Virus record (IMG/VR): IMGVR_UViG_3300037222_000092
Span: 1 to 62,068 of that record
From: a virus
Taxonomy: Duplodnaviria > Caudoviricetes
Direction: 5' to 3' (one strand)
DNA: 62,068 nucleotides
Part shown: positions 25,235 through 36,116 of the stretch, piece by piece
Position numbering within the stretch: position 1 is the first letter of the stretch
How the letters are laid out: every line of letters begins with the position of its first letter
Position numbers and translations under genes: made by a program
Notes under the pieces: generated by a model
Database searches by the model: none
What the model saw: the letters and a program-made list of their open reading frames with translations, nothing else
What the model was told of the DNA's origin: nothing

Positions 25235-28200
25235 TTATTGCCAGACCCCGGCGACCGCGACGATGGGCTGAGTGGCGTCGCTTTCAGTAATCCAAAAGTG
25301 TTTTGATTCTGAAACTGTTACCGCCATGTCGTAGGCGCTGTAACAAAGATTAGGTGTGGTGCTGGTCGCGGCGTCAGCGCGCTCGGTCGGCGTGCCCGTA
25401 CCGGTCCATGTTCCGGTAAAAGTCGCGCTACCATCCGTGCCATATCCGGCGGCGATCAGCACTTGTCCAGCGAGCGCTCCGATAGGCCCCACATTTGCGA
25501 TAGTTGTGCTCGCATCGTAGGTGTATCCGTTGCCCGAGTAGCTTGGTACATGCGAAGACGCCACAACCTTCCAAACGCTGATCTGGATTGCCTTCGGTGA
25601 ACCGGCGATGCTGACGATGATGTCCGCAGTTGTGCCGCTCGGATAGGGTACTTCAAATAGAGCCAAGCGATAGCCGCGTCCGAACCAATCGGTCTGGTAT
25701 TGGAGGCGATTGGCTGCCACACCACCGACTGTCAATGTCGGAGTATTATTAGAATTTACCCAGCCAACTGCGACCACCACCACGCGATAGGGATCGGCCG
25801 AACCAATGGCGGTGGCAGTGAACGTTCCGGATGTGTCGCCCACCAATGACGTTTGATAGGCTACAGATGTCGTAATCGTTGCGCTGGCGTCCACCACAAT
25901 TGGATCGGCCATTTCCTGCAATAAAAGTTGCGGTGCCACGGTTGTCATGGTGGCAGTCGCAGAAGTATTATTATTATACATCAAGACCGTAATGACCGTC
26001 GATCCACCCGGACAATTGTTGACTATCTGCTTAAATGAATTTGCAAGAGTCATTCCTGTATTAGTAAAATTTGGATTATGAGGAAAACTCTTAATCAGAG
26101 TGCTATTCACGTATAACGCAATAAAGCCACCAACGGTTGTCGGAGTAGAGGAGCTTTTCAGAACGGTATTGAAATCAATCAGCAGAGAACTACCAACTCC
26201 CACCACAATCGTCGCTGAGATAATAGTGCCACCTGCACCACCATTATTCCATCCCGTTAGCGTTCTGACAACATCTGAGCTGTTAACTGTGGTGATAGTG
26301 CCGAGAAGGCCATTATCCATAGTGCGTGTGGTGATGGCACCGTCCGGTATTGCATCCGGTCGCAACGCAATCTGCGGAACTCCGTTGACTTGTTCCACCA
26401 GAAACGGCGCGAATGGATCTCCACCATCAACATCAGGAATTCTAAATTCTGTACTGTCAGCGGAAAATTGCAAGCGTGAATAGGGCACGCCGAACGAATC
26501 AATATAGGCCGCAATTTGAATTCCAGCAGAGGCAAATGAACCACCAATCGAAGCATTTACCTGCATATCAATCAGGGCCAAAGCTGATCCGGTTGGATCA
26601 ACACTCGCGATAATCTGAAATTGGCCGTTGGCGCTTAGGTTGCCGTAATTAGCGGAGACATCATATTGCAAACTAGCTAGTGTATCATTGATTGAGGCAA
26701 GAGTAGCGAGATCAAGGCTGATATTAGAAATAGCACTCGCTAATGATGCACCGACGCTGGTGGTTAGGTCAGCCACTCCCTGTAAGGCATTTGCCGCCGC
26801 ACTTGCCGCGGTCGTCACGTTCGCGTCTGTGGTGGCGAAATGAGCCGTCGCCAACATAGAAACGCTGCTTAGATCATTGCCCAACGCGAACAACTGAGCG
26901 GCGGCATCCTGAGACGCTGCGATGGTGTCGTTCAACTCCAAGGTCAATGTGGCATCAAGCGCCGCCAGGCCGACGGTGCCAGCGGGTGGAGTTGATCCTG
27001 AGACAACCTGATTGCCGACCGCCGCGCCTGTGTTGACCCATGAAGTATAGGTGGTTGTCCGTGGAGGCTTCGTTTCGACAGTGGCGCGCGCTTCATAGAT
27101 CGCGCCTGACTGAATACCTGAAATTATCAGCCCCAACCCGGTGGTTGGGTCGTCAAACCTTGCGTTCAGGACATTGCTGTCGCCCTGGATACGGTACTGG
27201 ACGAGAACCGCTGTAATTGTGGTGTCGGTGATCGCCGTCCAACTGCAGGTTAGAGCCGGCGTCGTGATGCTGCCGGGTGCGTTGATCTGGAGAGCAGCGA
27301 TCGAGAAAGAAGAGACCGTTGTCGTTAATGCGTTGAACGCTGCCAGATTAGTCGGAGACGTTCCGGAAAGCTCGTCGGCACTGGCAGTCCAATCGAATGC
27401 GGTTGATGCGATCTCGCGCAAGGTCAAGGTGATGGTCTGATCGAGATTGAGCGTCGTTATGCTGATCAGAAATGTCTTGGTAAAATTAAATCGCGCCGAG
27501 GTCCAGGTCACCCAATCGCCCGGCTCCAGAACCGAGAACTTGAACGGCAGGGTGATCGTTGCCGTCGCCTGCAAGCGCGCCAGTTTGCGGGTGATTTCCT
27601 CGACCCGCTGCGCTTGCGTTCCCGAATAGATCATCGGGAAGTCGATCGATACGGCCAATTCCTCGCCGTCCGTCGTGGCGTCCGTCGATGACACGCGCGG
27701 CGGCGAAGAGATCGAGGCCCAATTCTGCGCTGGCTCCGAATAGGTGCCGAACACCGCATTTATCAGATCGGCGCGCGATCGATGCGAAGAGTAAACTTGG
27801 CTCTGGCCGGCAACCAGATCGCTATCGGTAAAACTCAATGCGACGGTTTGCGCTACACCAGCCTGCGGCGCAAATACCCCGGCGTCTTCCAGAAGCGTTC
27901 CCGCCATTGAGCTCAGGAACGCCGTTATGGCATCGCGGTGCTGCACATTGGCGGCGACCTGCATACCGACGCGGTAGCGATTCTCGGTAGTGGTCCAGGT
28001 CAGGTTGAAGGATGCATTAATTCCTGAACCAGAAGTTGATCCTTGTACAACAGGATTACCGGCCGCAACTGTGAATTGACCGGATTGAATAATTGTTGCG
28101 TGTGTTATCTTGTTGCTGTGAGCCGTATCAATCGTATCAACGCGAACTTGGATCGGCGTTGTAAAGGTGCCGCCGGTTAGAGTTAGGACATCACCGACCG

Positions 28201-29131
28201 CATGGCCAGTTCCTGCATTGCTGATGGAAGAGATCGATGCGGCGCCGAGTCTTAATGTGATCGCGTCGTCGCACGAATTCGCCGCTGCGACATAGGCATT
28301 CTGCACCATGTCGGCGGTGCTAAGTCCCATGCCCAGCACCAGATTGCCATTGACCCAGACTCCGCGCTGATAATTGTAGAGACCAATCGCCGGGTTGGCT
28401 GTCCATTCATAGGTCGATTGGGTGCCCCATCGGTGGGCGCCAGAACCGCCAACCGTGGAATCCTTTCTTACATCGTAGCAACGTAGCCCTTTGACCACGA
28501 AAAGGAACTGCGGAATGGCGCCGGAGGAATAGACGTTGGTGTCATAGGCCAGCGTGATCGAGACGTAGCAGATTCCGGTCAGGGTATTGTTTGAACTCCA
28601 TCGCCCCGGCGGATTGGCATGCGAGACGAGGTCTGAATCGGCCGCTTGACTGTCGCTTCCATTGAAAAACCGCACCAGCATCTTCGGCGTGCCGCCGATG
28701 ACGCCGCCCGTGCGATACTCTGTGACAGGATATCCGGAGCCCCAACTAAGGCTTACCGGCGTCGATTCAATAGTAACCGGCAATCCGGCGATGTACATTC
28801 CGGCGAGGCTGTCATGCAGACCGTCGCCGACGGCATAGACCATCTGCAGATTATCGTTATTGGTTCCGTCCGCATTCCAGTAAAGCAGCGCTCCCGCTGT
28901 GGCCTGCATGCCGAACAAGGCGCTGCGCGGCAGATTTGCCCCGAACTGGACTGTGGTCTGCACGCCGCCGAGAGATGACGGAGTGCTCGGCTTCGGCGTC
29001 AATATTTTTGCGAGATAACTAAGGCCAAATGATAAAGCAACGGTGCCGGCGAGTTCAATAAGCCCGACAACAACGGGCCCAAGCTCTTCAACAAGTGCAG
29101 CACCTAAAATGAGAGGGACAATAAATGGCAT
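25235..29131 (-). CDS. Tail tip / host specificity protein (lambda J-like)
   Basis: KGLRCYDVRKDST..GSG.HR...TYEWTANPA; LEPGDWV; FN3-like segment, coiled coil and C-terminal beta domains. Confidence 0.88.
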   Translation of the reverse strand: MPFIVPLILGAALVEELGPVVVGLIELAGTVALSFGLSYLAKILTPKPSTPSSLGGVQTTVQFGANLPRSALFGMQATAGALLYWNADGTNNDNLQMVYAVGDGLHDSLAGMYIAGLPVTIESTPVSLSWGSGYPVTEYRTGGVIGGTPKMLVRFFNGSDSQAADSDLVSHANPPGRWSSNNTLTGICYVSITLAYDTNVYSSGAIPQFLFVVKGLRCYDVRKDSTVGGSGAHRWGTQSTYEWTANPAIGLYNYQRGVWVNGNLVLGMGLSTADMVQNAYVAAANSCDDAITLRLGAASISSISNAGTGHAVGDVLTLTGGTFTTPIQVRVDTIDTAHSNKITHATIIQSGQFTVAAGNPVVQGSTSGSGINASFNLTWTTTENRYRVGMQVAANVQHRDAITAFLSSMAGTLLEDAGVFAPQAGVAQTVALSFTDSDLVAGQSQVYSSHRSRADLINAVFGTYSEPAQNWASISSPPRVSSTDATTDGEELAVSIDFPMIYSGTQAQRVEEITRKLARLQATATITLPFKFSVLEPGDWVTWTSARFNFTKTFLISITTLNLDQTITLTLREIASTAFDWTASADELSGTSPTNLAAFNALTTTVSSFSIAALQINAPGSITTPALTCSWTAITDTTITAVLVQYRIQGDSNVLNARFDDPTTGLGLIISGIQSGAIYEARATVETKPPRTTTYTSWVNTGAAVGNQVVSGSTPPAGTVGLAALDATLTLELNDTIAASQDAAAQLFALGNDLSSVSMLATAHFATTDANVTTAASAAANALQGVADLTTSVGASLASAISNISLDLATLASINDTLASLQYDVSANYGNLSANGQFQIIASVDPTGSALALIDMQVNASIGGSFASAGIQIAAYIDSFGVPYSRLQFSADSTEFRIPDVDGGDPFAPFLVEQVNGVPQIALRPDAIPDGAITTRTMDNGLLGTITTVNSSDVVRTLTGWNNGGAGGTIISATIVVGVGSSLLIDFNTVLKSSSTPTTVGGFIALYVNSTLIKSFPHNPNFTNTGMTLANSFKQIVNNCPGGSTVITVLMYNNNTSATATMTTVAPQLLLQEMADPIVVDASATITTSVAYQTSLVGDTSGTFTATAIGSADPYRVVVVAVGWVNSNNTPTLTVGGVAANRLQYQTDWFGRGYRLALFEVPYPSGTTADIIVSIAGSPKAIQISVWKVVASSHVPSYSGNGYTYDASTTIANVGPIGALAGQVLIAAGYGTDGSATFTGTWTGTGTPTERADAATSTTPNLCYSAYDMAVTVSESKHFWITESDATQPIVAVAGVWQ

Positions 29132-29134
29132 TGC

Positions 29135-29539
29135 CTAGATCCGGAATGCCCTAACGGCGGATGAACGAGATGTGAAGGTCAACCCGGACGTAGCCTTGCC
29201 GAGAATCTTCGAACCGATGCAGATCGCCGCGGCAATTTGCTCGCCCTGCTTGACCGCGACAAGATCACCGCGACTGGCAAAAGACGGGGCTATCTCATCG
29301 GGAAAATACTTCGCCAAAAAATCCCCGACGTCGCGCAGTTTTAATCCGGCAAGAATTCGCGCGATGTCCATTTCGGTACGATACGATCCGCAAAACTCAA
29401 TGCAGGGATTTTCTCCGGTTATTGCCTCGACCGCATCCATGGTCAATTCGAAGCAATCGGATACGCCCAATTCGAAGGGCAATGCGCGATGCCTATCGAT
29501 CGCGGTGGCAAGCCGCGTTTCCCAATCCGGTAATCTCAT
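29135..29539 (-). CDS. NlpC/P60-like tail-associated protein (DUF6950-like)
   Basis: RLPDWETRL...PFELGVSDC...AITG...RGD. Confidence 0.8.
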   Translation of the reverse strand: MRLPDWETRLATAIDRHRALPFELGVSDCFELTMDAVEAITGENPCIEFCGSYRTEMDIARILAGLKLRDVGDFLAKYFPDEIAPSFASRGDLVAVKQGEQIAAAICIGSKILGKATSGLTFTSRSSAVRAFRI

Positions 29540-30171
29540 TAATTAACATGCACCCATTGAACACCAGATCCGTGCCCGGTCGATCCGGCATTCTGGTTGA
29601 TGCGGCCCCAGAAAATGTCCTGCACGCCAGCGGTTGCCGCCATCATAAGGCCGCCGTCGGTCGCATTGATCAATCGCTGGTCGGCATCCGAGCGCGTGCG
29701 GTATCCAGTTTTAAGATGATCGCGCGATTTCGATTCCGAATAGGCTTTAAGGACCGCTCCGCCGCCGATCTGGTCCTCGTGATCGATCTTGTCGATGTAC
29801 CCCGAATAGAATCGCTCGACCGACAACAGCGTGCGGGTATCGGGGTCGATGTAGGCACGTGATATTTTAACTGGCGCCTGGTGCCAGGTTTCGGCCTCTA
29901 TGGTTGCCAAAACGTCGGGCGACAAATCGGAATTCGGCACCGATGTCAGAGTCACCAGCAACGGCACCGATGATAGATCGGACACCCCGTCGATCTGCTG
30001 AATGTCGATCAGGCTGCCGGCACCGGTATAATCGTTACCGCTATAGGTCAGAATGCCCTGCCCTGTCCAAAACCGGTAGGTTCCGGATGGAAACGTAAAC
30101 TCCATAAGTGCCCGGCTGACCGCGCGGCCGGTCGCCAGCATGGTGATGGTGCCGGAATCGAAGGATTTCAT
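29539..30171 (-). CDS. Minor tail / baseplate hub protein
   Basis: RFWTGQG...YTGAG...RSDADQ...D; position between Dit and NlpC. Confidence 0.75.
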   Translation of the reverse strand: MKSFDSGTITMLATGRAVSRALMEFTFPSGTYRFWTGQGILTYSGNDYTGAGSLIDIQQIDGVSDLSSVPLLVTLTSVPNSDLSPDVLATIEAETWHQAPVKISRAYIDPDTRTLLSVERFYSGYIDKIDHEDQIGGGAVLKAYSESKSRDHLKTGYRTRSDADQRLINATDGGLMMAATAGVQDIFWGRINQNAGSTGHGSGVQWVHVN

Positions 30172-30172
30172 G

Positions 30173-30838
30173 TCAGACCAATTTCTGCACGGCTTCGAAC
30201 GTCACGGGCTGCGCTGACCCAGCTTGCGCCTGCGCCGAGAATGTCCCAGGCTTGATAATCATGACGCAGGTCGGCGATACCAACTGCACGCCAAGCGCTG
30301 TCGTCGCAGCGCCACTACGAACGCTTGGTTCAACGGTTACCGTCGCGGTTCCGGAGCCGTCCGCCGTCACCGCCTCGAGGATCTGATAAAGCGAGCGCTG
30401 CCCGACCGTCATCGGGATCGATATGTAATCACCGACCGAGAACTGATAGCCGGAGGGCAATGCCGAGACTGAAATTGTCGATGTCGTAGTGCTTACGACC
30501 GTCGCCGTGCCGTTGAAGGCCCCGCCGCCGTAGCGCGTCAGGTTGAGAACCGAGGCTCCGTAATAAAATGGATAGCGTTTCTCGGGATCATAACCGTAGA
30601 AGGCGTTGAGAACACCCTTGAGACTTTGGAACCACGCCTGCCAGACCGCACGATCTTTGCCGTCGATCCCCAAGAGGATCGTCTGATATTTGCAGGTCCA
30701 GAACGCGTCGGCCAATTCCATGCCGGTGAATTGCCCGCCATAGGTCGTGTTGGCAACCTGCTGCCGCGCCAGATTGAAATCGCAAGTTCCCCAGGCATCG
30801 AGGCCGGTCGGAAATGACCGCGGAAACGTGATGGTCAT
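30173..30838 (-). CDS. Distal tail protein-like
   Basis: Follows the tape measure; AWFQSLKG..NAFYGYDP...VGDYI...VEPS.R. Confidence 0.7.
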   Translation of the reverse strand: MTITFPRSFPTGLDAWGTCDFNLARQQVANTTYGGQFTGMELADAFWTCKYQTILLGIDGKDRAVWQAWFQSLKGVLNAFYGYDPEKRYPFYYGASVLNLTRYGGGAFNGTATVVSTTTSTISVSALPSGYQFSVGDYISIPMTVGQRSLYQILEAVTADGSGTATVTVEPSVRSGAATTALGVQLVSPTCVMIIKPGTFSAQAQAGSAQPVTFEAVQKLV

Positions 30839-30854
30839 TTCGATTTACCTGGGA

Positions 30855-33230
30855 TTATGCGTGCAGCCGCAGGCCGCGATTGGTGGCGTTAACGATCGAA
30901 TTGACGGCGAGACTAGGAACCTGTTTTAGCGCCGCAGACACGCCGCGCGATGCGGCCGCCTCCGCGATATCATTTACGGCCTGGTCGCCGTTGGCGCCTG
31001 AGACATCGACGGAAACGGAAATTGCAATATGCGACGACCCGGCGCCCCCGTTATATGCCGCCGTCTGCTGACGGTTGAGAATCCGTTCGCCAGGGTGCGC
31101 GATGATCGGCACCCCACCATCAGTGATCATGCCGCCGCTCGCAAAACGAGGTGCGTTCTCGAAATAGGCCAAATGCACGTAGGTCGGCGTTCCGTCAATG
31201 CCGACCATGCCGCCTGATTTGAAAGCATATGCGACATCGCCTGCACTTGCTCCAGTTGCCGCCGCATTCGAAGAGGCAAGATTAGCGGATGCTCCACCCA
31301 GGCCAAACATACCGAGGAGACCACCAAGTCCGGTGGCCCCAGCACCTCCGAAGGCCTTCGACCAAAGGTTATCGATCGCCATCTGCATTAGCTTGTCGGA
31401 AATCTTGTTCAGTGCACTTGCACCGGCCGTTTCGAACGCCTTCCATGCAGATGCTCCGGATACCAGTTGATTCTTGAAATCAACGGCAAAGCCAGAGAGC
31501 GAGTTTTGCCCCAAGGTGCTGAGATCGGAGAACGTCTTATTCAGCCGCAGCGCGTTGGCTTCGGCACTCCCAAGGGCCGTTGCAACGTCGGGATAAATAG
31601 TCTTTAGCTGATTTGCTATCTGGACATCTTCAGGTGTTAAGAAAGCCGTTTGCTGACCACGGCTAATCTCCTGTGCAATTTTCAACTTCTCATAGGATTG
31701 CGTGCTGACATCAATTGCCGCCGGCAACCGCAAGAAGGCGGCTGTTTGTTTATCTGTTAGTTCGATTCCAGACGCATCCAAGGCTTGCTTGCTGGTCATA
31801 TGCCCGCGCAAATCAGTATAGGCTGCAATTTGCTTATCCCAAGCCGCATTTTGCGCAACGGTAGCATCTTTGTCGGCAGTTTTTGCCGCATCGAGCAATT
31901 GGAATTCGGCTTTCATTCCAGCCACAACACCAGCGTTTTGCCCCATCGAAAGTGAATCGGCGGCTAATGCCCCGATGTGTTTTTCTATCGATGCTGTAGC
32001 TTTATCAAAGAGATCGCGTCCGCCGTCATTGCTATCTTCCCCAGGCAATTTGCTTGCTGGCCGCGTTGGCGGCATCGGAACATTGACAATGCGGGCGCCG
32101 GCAGCAGCCGCATTTTCCATGCCAGCAGCGATGTCGTCCCACATTTTTGCGGCGCCGGTGCCAGCAATACTGTTATCGACTAGCGCTTTGGTGCTGGCAT
32201 CAAGTGTTCCCGTCAAGGCTTGACCTGCCTTCAAGACGGCATCCATGATCACTTCTAAATCATCATTAGCTTTAATCAGCGACAAGATTGCTGTGGCTTC
32301 AGATTCCCTCGAAGTCTGGCCGGAATCCGCTGGGCTGCGGTTAATGGCACCGCTAACGGCACTAGATACGGCGGACGATAGACCTTGGGCTTTTGCGATC
32401 AGATCGTCGATGGTCGGAATCAGGCTGGCGAGTTGAGCCTTCATCCAGGTCGAGAATACCAGACTTGATTTTGTCCATTCATCCTCGAATGTTTTGGCGC
32501 GGGCTATCACCTCATCATTGATTACCAGACCAAGCTTTTCCGCTTCGCTGCGCGTGGCCGTGAAAGCCGCCGCGCCCTCGCTTAACAACGGCACCAGTTC
32601 CTTGCCGGCGCCGATCATGTCGGCCATCTTGATCTTCTGTTGCTCGCTGGCGGCGCGCGAGATCAGGTCGCGCGATATATCCCACAAGCCGTTCATATCG
32701 ATGATGAGTTTGTTTCCATCCTTAAACTTTATATTATTGGCGTCAAGCAGCTTTGAGAGATCATTCTCCTTGCGGCTTGCCTCATCGAGATTTTTTGCCA
32801 TCTCGGCAGATGATTTTGCGAAGGTGTCGCTCGACACCCCGCTCGCGCCGGCGGCGAATTGCAAGGTCTGGAAATCATGCAGATTGAGATTGGCCTGTTG
32901 TGCAGCCGCACCCATGTCGGAAAGTGCTTTATTTGTTTTCTGCACCCAATCCAAAAATACCCCGAGACCGGCCGCGCTGGCAGCGGCGCCTATGCCTACC
33001 GAAGCAAGAAACGACAACCCGCCGCCACCAGCGGCCCCCGCACCTGCAGCGCCGATCGATTTCTGTATGCCATCAAACGCCCCGGAGATCTCCCCCGCAC
33101 TACTCTTGGCCGCCGTCGAGGCCGCGTCGAAGGCATCCTTGAGGCCCTTGGTCGCCGCCGTGGTCGCATCAACACCATCCGCCACGCCGCGGATTGTGAT
33201 GGTGTTGACGATATCGCCGAGTGAAGGCAT
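30855..33230 (-). CDS. Tail tape measure protein
   Basis: Ala-rich helical 791 aa; C-terminal FASGG...PIIAHPGERILN. Confidence 0.88.
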   Translation of the reverse strand: MPSLGDIVNTITIRGVADGVDATTAATKGLKDAFDAASTAAKSSAGEISGAFDGIQKSIGAAGAGAAGGGGLSFLASVGIGAAASAAGLGVFLDWVQKTNKALSDMGAAAQQANLNLHDFQTLQFAAGASGVSSDTFAKSSAEMAKNLDEASRKENDLSKLLDANNIKFKDGNKLIIDMNGLWDISRDLISRAASEQQKIKMADMIGAGKELVPLLSEGAAAFTATRSEAEKLGLVINDEVIARAKTFEDEWTKSSLVFSTWMKAQLASLIPTIDDLIAKAQGLSSAVSSAVSGAINRSPADSGQTSRESEATAILSLIKANDDLEVIMDAVLKAGQALTGTLDASTKALVDNSIAGTGAAKMWDDIAAGMENAAAAGARIVNVPMPPTRPASKLPGEDSNDGGRDLFDKATASIEKHIGALAADSLSMGQNAGVVAGMKAEFQLLDAAKTADKDATVAQNAAWDKQIAAYTDLRGHMTSKQALDASGIELTDKQTAAFLRLPAAIDVSTQSYEKLKIAQEISRGQQTAFLTPEDVQIANQLKTIYPDVATALGSAEANALRLNKTFSDLSTLGQNSLSGFAVDFKNQLVSGASAWKAFETAGASALNKISDKLMQMAIDNLWSKAFGGAGATGLGGLLGMFGLGGASANLASSNAAATGASAGDVAYAFKSGGMVGIDGTPTYVHLAYFENAPRFASGGMITDGGVPIIAHPGERILNRQQTAAYNGGAGSSHIAISVSVDVSGANGDQAVNDIAEAAASRGVSAALKQVPSLAVNSIVNATNRGLRLHA

Positions 33231-33236
33231 CGCTGA

Positions 33237-33575
33237 TTATTTATCTTTGTTAGGTTTTGGAATGAGATCGAGAAACATCCGGTCGATCAAACGCACGTCT
33301 GAAACGAATTCCTCAAATTCATCAATACCGGTAATCCTATAGCGACTGGCATAAGCATCGATCGCGGTAAAGCGTATAGGCCCAAGACCGAAGCCACTTT
33401 CACGATCGCTGTTTAATTCGCAAAACGCACTATAGGAAAAACCAAACACAACAGGCAGACCAGGCGCAATGGCGTCATCTGGAATTGATTCCCCGGAATC
33501 GCGTGCCGCTTGCGCCAGCCATTCCGCATGCGGGCCGTAAGTGATGTCCCACTCGACCCGCGTTCTCAGTTTTTT
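33237..33575 (-). CDS. Tail assembly chaperone, frameshifted (gpGT) portion
   Basis: The -1 frame after A AAA AAC reads KLRTRVEWDITYG...VFGFSYSAFCEL to the stop at 33237. Confidence 0.75.
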   Translation of the reverse strand, partial: KKLRTRVEWDITYGPHAEWLAQAARDSGESIPDDAIAPGLPVVFGFSYSAFCELNSDRESGFGLGPIRFTAIDAYASRYRITGIDEFEEFVSDVRLIDRMFLDLIPKPNKDK

Positions 33576-33991
33576 ATTACGGCGTCCGGCTTTTTCTTGC
33601 GCCGCATGGTAATGCTGCGCGCAGCGCTCTCGATCATGCCGCGCAGCAGGCGAGCATCCGGATTGGCGAGAATTTCCTTGGCCTTGTCAGCGGAGAACTG
33701 AATAGTGGTTGCCTCATCGTCTTCGGTTAATCCATCCCATCCAGTTAGGATAGTATCACACAAGCAAGTTAGATCGACTTCCTCATAACGCTCTGGTGGA
33801 ATGTTTGCATGTGTTCCAAATTCCGAATTAAGCTCCGTCGACATCCGCGATTGCATGCGGCGATAATCGGCATTGCCGTAGCCGCGCACGCAAACGCGAA
33901 AGGCCGGCTTGCCTTTGGCAGCCGGCGTGATCTCAACCCAATCTCCATTCTCTATCTTCTCGGAATCAACCAGCAGATCAGAAAGTTTCAC
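33566..33991 (-). CDS. Tail assembly chaperone (gpG-like)
   Basis: Between tail tube and TMP; ILTGWDGL; ends at the slippery site. Confidence 0.8.
   Translation of the reverse strand: MKLSDLLVDSEKIENGDWVEITPAAKGKPAFRVCVRGYGNADYRRMQSRMSTELNSEFGTHANIPPERYEEVDLTCLCDTILTGWDGLTEDDEATTIQFSADKAKEILANPDARLLRGMIESAARSITMRRKKKPDAVIKN
33569..33575 (-). other. -1 ribosomal frameshift slippery heptamer A AAA AAC
   Basis: ATA AAA AAC TGA at the end of gpG; the -1 frame is open. Confidence 0.8.
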
Positions 33992-34096
33992 GATTATTCT
34001 CCCTAGTCCATTCGGGATTGCGGCGCCCGGTTTTCTTCTCCCGCACCGGGCCGCGGGTTGGACAGTACGGCTTGCGCCGCACCAAGAAGATCAAAC

Positions 34097-35560
34097 TTAA
34101 TTGGCAACCGGCAAATATGGGAAGCGGCAACAAGAAACTGTGTAGCCGAGTGTCGAATGCCGGAACGCCTGATAGCTGCCGCTGAAATACCGGTCCTGAT
34201 CCTTCCCCGGCACCGGCGCCGAGCCAGTGATCTTCAGAGCCGGAATATCGAAAACGTAGCCCTCGCGATTAAGATCAGTACGGTTGGTCTTCATCATGAT
34301 CGAGGTCTGGGTATTGGCGATTGCCGCCGCCAGCAACGCTGTGTCACCGAAATAAGCATTGATCTTGCCCGATAACGAGAGCGAGCCATTTCTGATGCCG
34401 ACCGAGCCAAGCGTCCCGATGGCCTTCTGGCCTGCTAGATTGTTGGCAAGATCGAGGCCGATATCCTGGAAGAACGACGGCCCAGCAACAAGGGTGCCAC
34501 CGACCGCCATACGCCCTACATTCGATGAGGTATTGAGAACACTGAAGGTTGGTGCCGCGATATCGGTAGCACCAGCCAGGCGCGTCGTGAGAACAGATCC
34601 CGTTGTGCCGATGAAGGCGAAGGAGCCAGCGAGAATTGACGCCGCCTTAAAATCGAGCGACCATTTGTCGAGTTGCGAGCCGGGGAAATATTCGAAAGAC
34701 GGAACGGTGATGTCCTGCTGCTGGCGTTCCAGCGTGAAGGAGCGAACCGTCGTGCCGTTCTTCAGAAAATCCCCGGTGAATATCTGCAGGGTCTTGCCGG
34801 TGCCGGCATCCGTCGTCCAACCGGAAGGCAGGTTGTCGAGAGTGACCGCGTGCGCGGCGACCGCCGTTACGCGCGCCCATGAATTCAACGCCGCCGTCGC
34901 GAACGCCAATCCTGCACTATCACCGCCGATCTTAATCCACTCGCCAACGCTAAGCCCAAGCGTGGTGAAATCGAGCGAGGTCGAGGCCAACCCGGTTGCC
35001 GTCGCCGTGATATCGGCCGATGCACCCTGGAAGCCGCATACCTGCAATTTTGCTCCGGCCAGCGGCGAAGCGTCGACCGTGAAGGTCGACGCGCCAAATA
35101 CCACGGCGGTTGCGCTCGAGCTGACGACTACTGCCAGTAACCCGTTATTTGCAGCATTTGCAAATCCTCCGGTGTTGACCAGCATACCGGCCTTAAACGG
35201 TGTGCCTAGCGGAGTTACAACGGTCGCGGTCGTGGTCGACAATGCAGAGATTTCAACGCCGGTCGTCAGCACGGTTATCAACGGATCAGATGACCATGTT
35301 CCCTGCAATGCAGCCTGGATCATGTCGTCGAAGGCCCGGAACGAAAGCTCTATCGCGGTATCGCCTGCCGATTCCGCATCGATCAGGATGAGATCGGTCG
35401 TTTGCCGATCAGCGCGGAGTTCATTGCTCGTCGTCGTCTTCGGCGTGAATGACGGCGTATTCGAGGTCACCCGCAGCGCGGTGAAGGGCGGTGTTGCCGG
35501 CGTCACACCGGGCGTGGATTCGAGCGTGTATGCGAGTGTAGTTCTGTTGGTTGAACCCAC
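34097..35560 (-). CDS. Major tail tube protein
   Basis: ESTPGVTPATP...SNELRADRQ..D...ELSF..FDD; GTG start 35560 with AGGAG RBS. Confidence 0.85.
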   Translation of the reverse strand: MGSTNRTTLAYTLESTPGVTPATPPFTALRVTSNTPSFTPKTTTSNELRADRQTTDLILIDAESAGDTAIELSFRAFDDMIQAALQGTWSSDPLITVLTTGVEISALSTTTATVVTPLGTPFKAGMLVNTGGFANAANNGLLAVVVSSSATAVVFGASTFTVDASPLAGAKLQVCGFQGASADITATATGLASTSLDFTTLGLSVGEWIKIGGDSAGLAFATAALNSWARVTAVAAHAVTLDNLPSGWTTDAGTGKTLQIFTGDFLKNGTTVRSFTLERQQQDITVPSFEYFPGSQLDKWSLDFKAASILAGSFAFIGTTGSVLTTRLAGATDIAAPTFSVLNTSSNVGRMAVGGTLVAGPSFFQDIGLDLANNLAGQKAIGTLGSVGIRNGSLSLSGKINAYFGDTALLAAAIANTQTSIMMKTNRTDLNREGYVFDIPALKITGSAPVPGKDQDRYFSGSYQAFRHSTLGYTVSCCRFPYLPVAN

Positions 35561-35632
35561 GATGGCTCTCCTTGTGATGAAAGAACCGCCCAAATGGACG
35601 GATCATAGATGTCTGTGTTTTTGTGATGAGTC

Positions 35633-36073
35633 TTAAGCGAAGAGATAGAAGTAATATGGGACAACAATCGACAGCACGAAATAATTTCCAGTGTCGTTGC
35701 TATTGTCGATAAACGCAGGATTCGGTGCGAGGCACGAAACGCCTGAGAACTGCTTTGCGCGAAACAATACCCTTAATTGATCGGCCCAATCGAGACCCTG
35801 CGCGATTCCCTGTCCGCGCGGAATGGAGAGGATCAGCCGGAACGCTCCCGATTCTCGAAACGTGCGATTGCCAACGGCGGCCATTCCGACGTGAATTTCA
35901 TTGGCAACCGGATACTGCACCTCGATGAAGGACGATCCATCAGCCGGCGGTGTGCCAAGCGTATTCACACCGATGACGGGAATATCCGTCGACGTCGCAT
36001 CGATGGTGGAGACAACCGTCCACGTCGCTCCAAGACGGGACTCCACAGCATCGACAACGGCCTTGCTCGCCAT
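35633..36073 (-). CDS. Tail terminator-like protein
   Basis: Position; RESG...IPRGQG...ADQLR.LFR. Confidence 0.7.
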   Translation of the reverse strand: MASKAVVDAVESRLGATWTVVSTIDATSTDIPVIGVNTLGTPPADGSSFIEVQYPVANEIHVGMAAVGNRTFRESGAFRLILSIPRGQGIAQGLDWADQLRVLFRAKQFSGVSCLAPNPAFIDNSNDTGNYFVLSIVVPYYFYLFA

Positions 36074-36116
36074 GAATTATCTCGGGGTCACAATGATGGA
36101 AAGATCAGTTGGCCAA

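Noticed and set aside
33237-33991. Frameshift as a novelty or pseudogene
   Set aside because: It is the standard programmed -1 frameshift of tail assembly chaperones.
34359-35636. 425-aa plus-strand ORF (also 32494-33342, 55948-56715 and 9129-9911)
   Set aside because: Antisense shadows of well-supported genes in GC-rich DNA, with no recognisable motifs.
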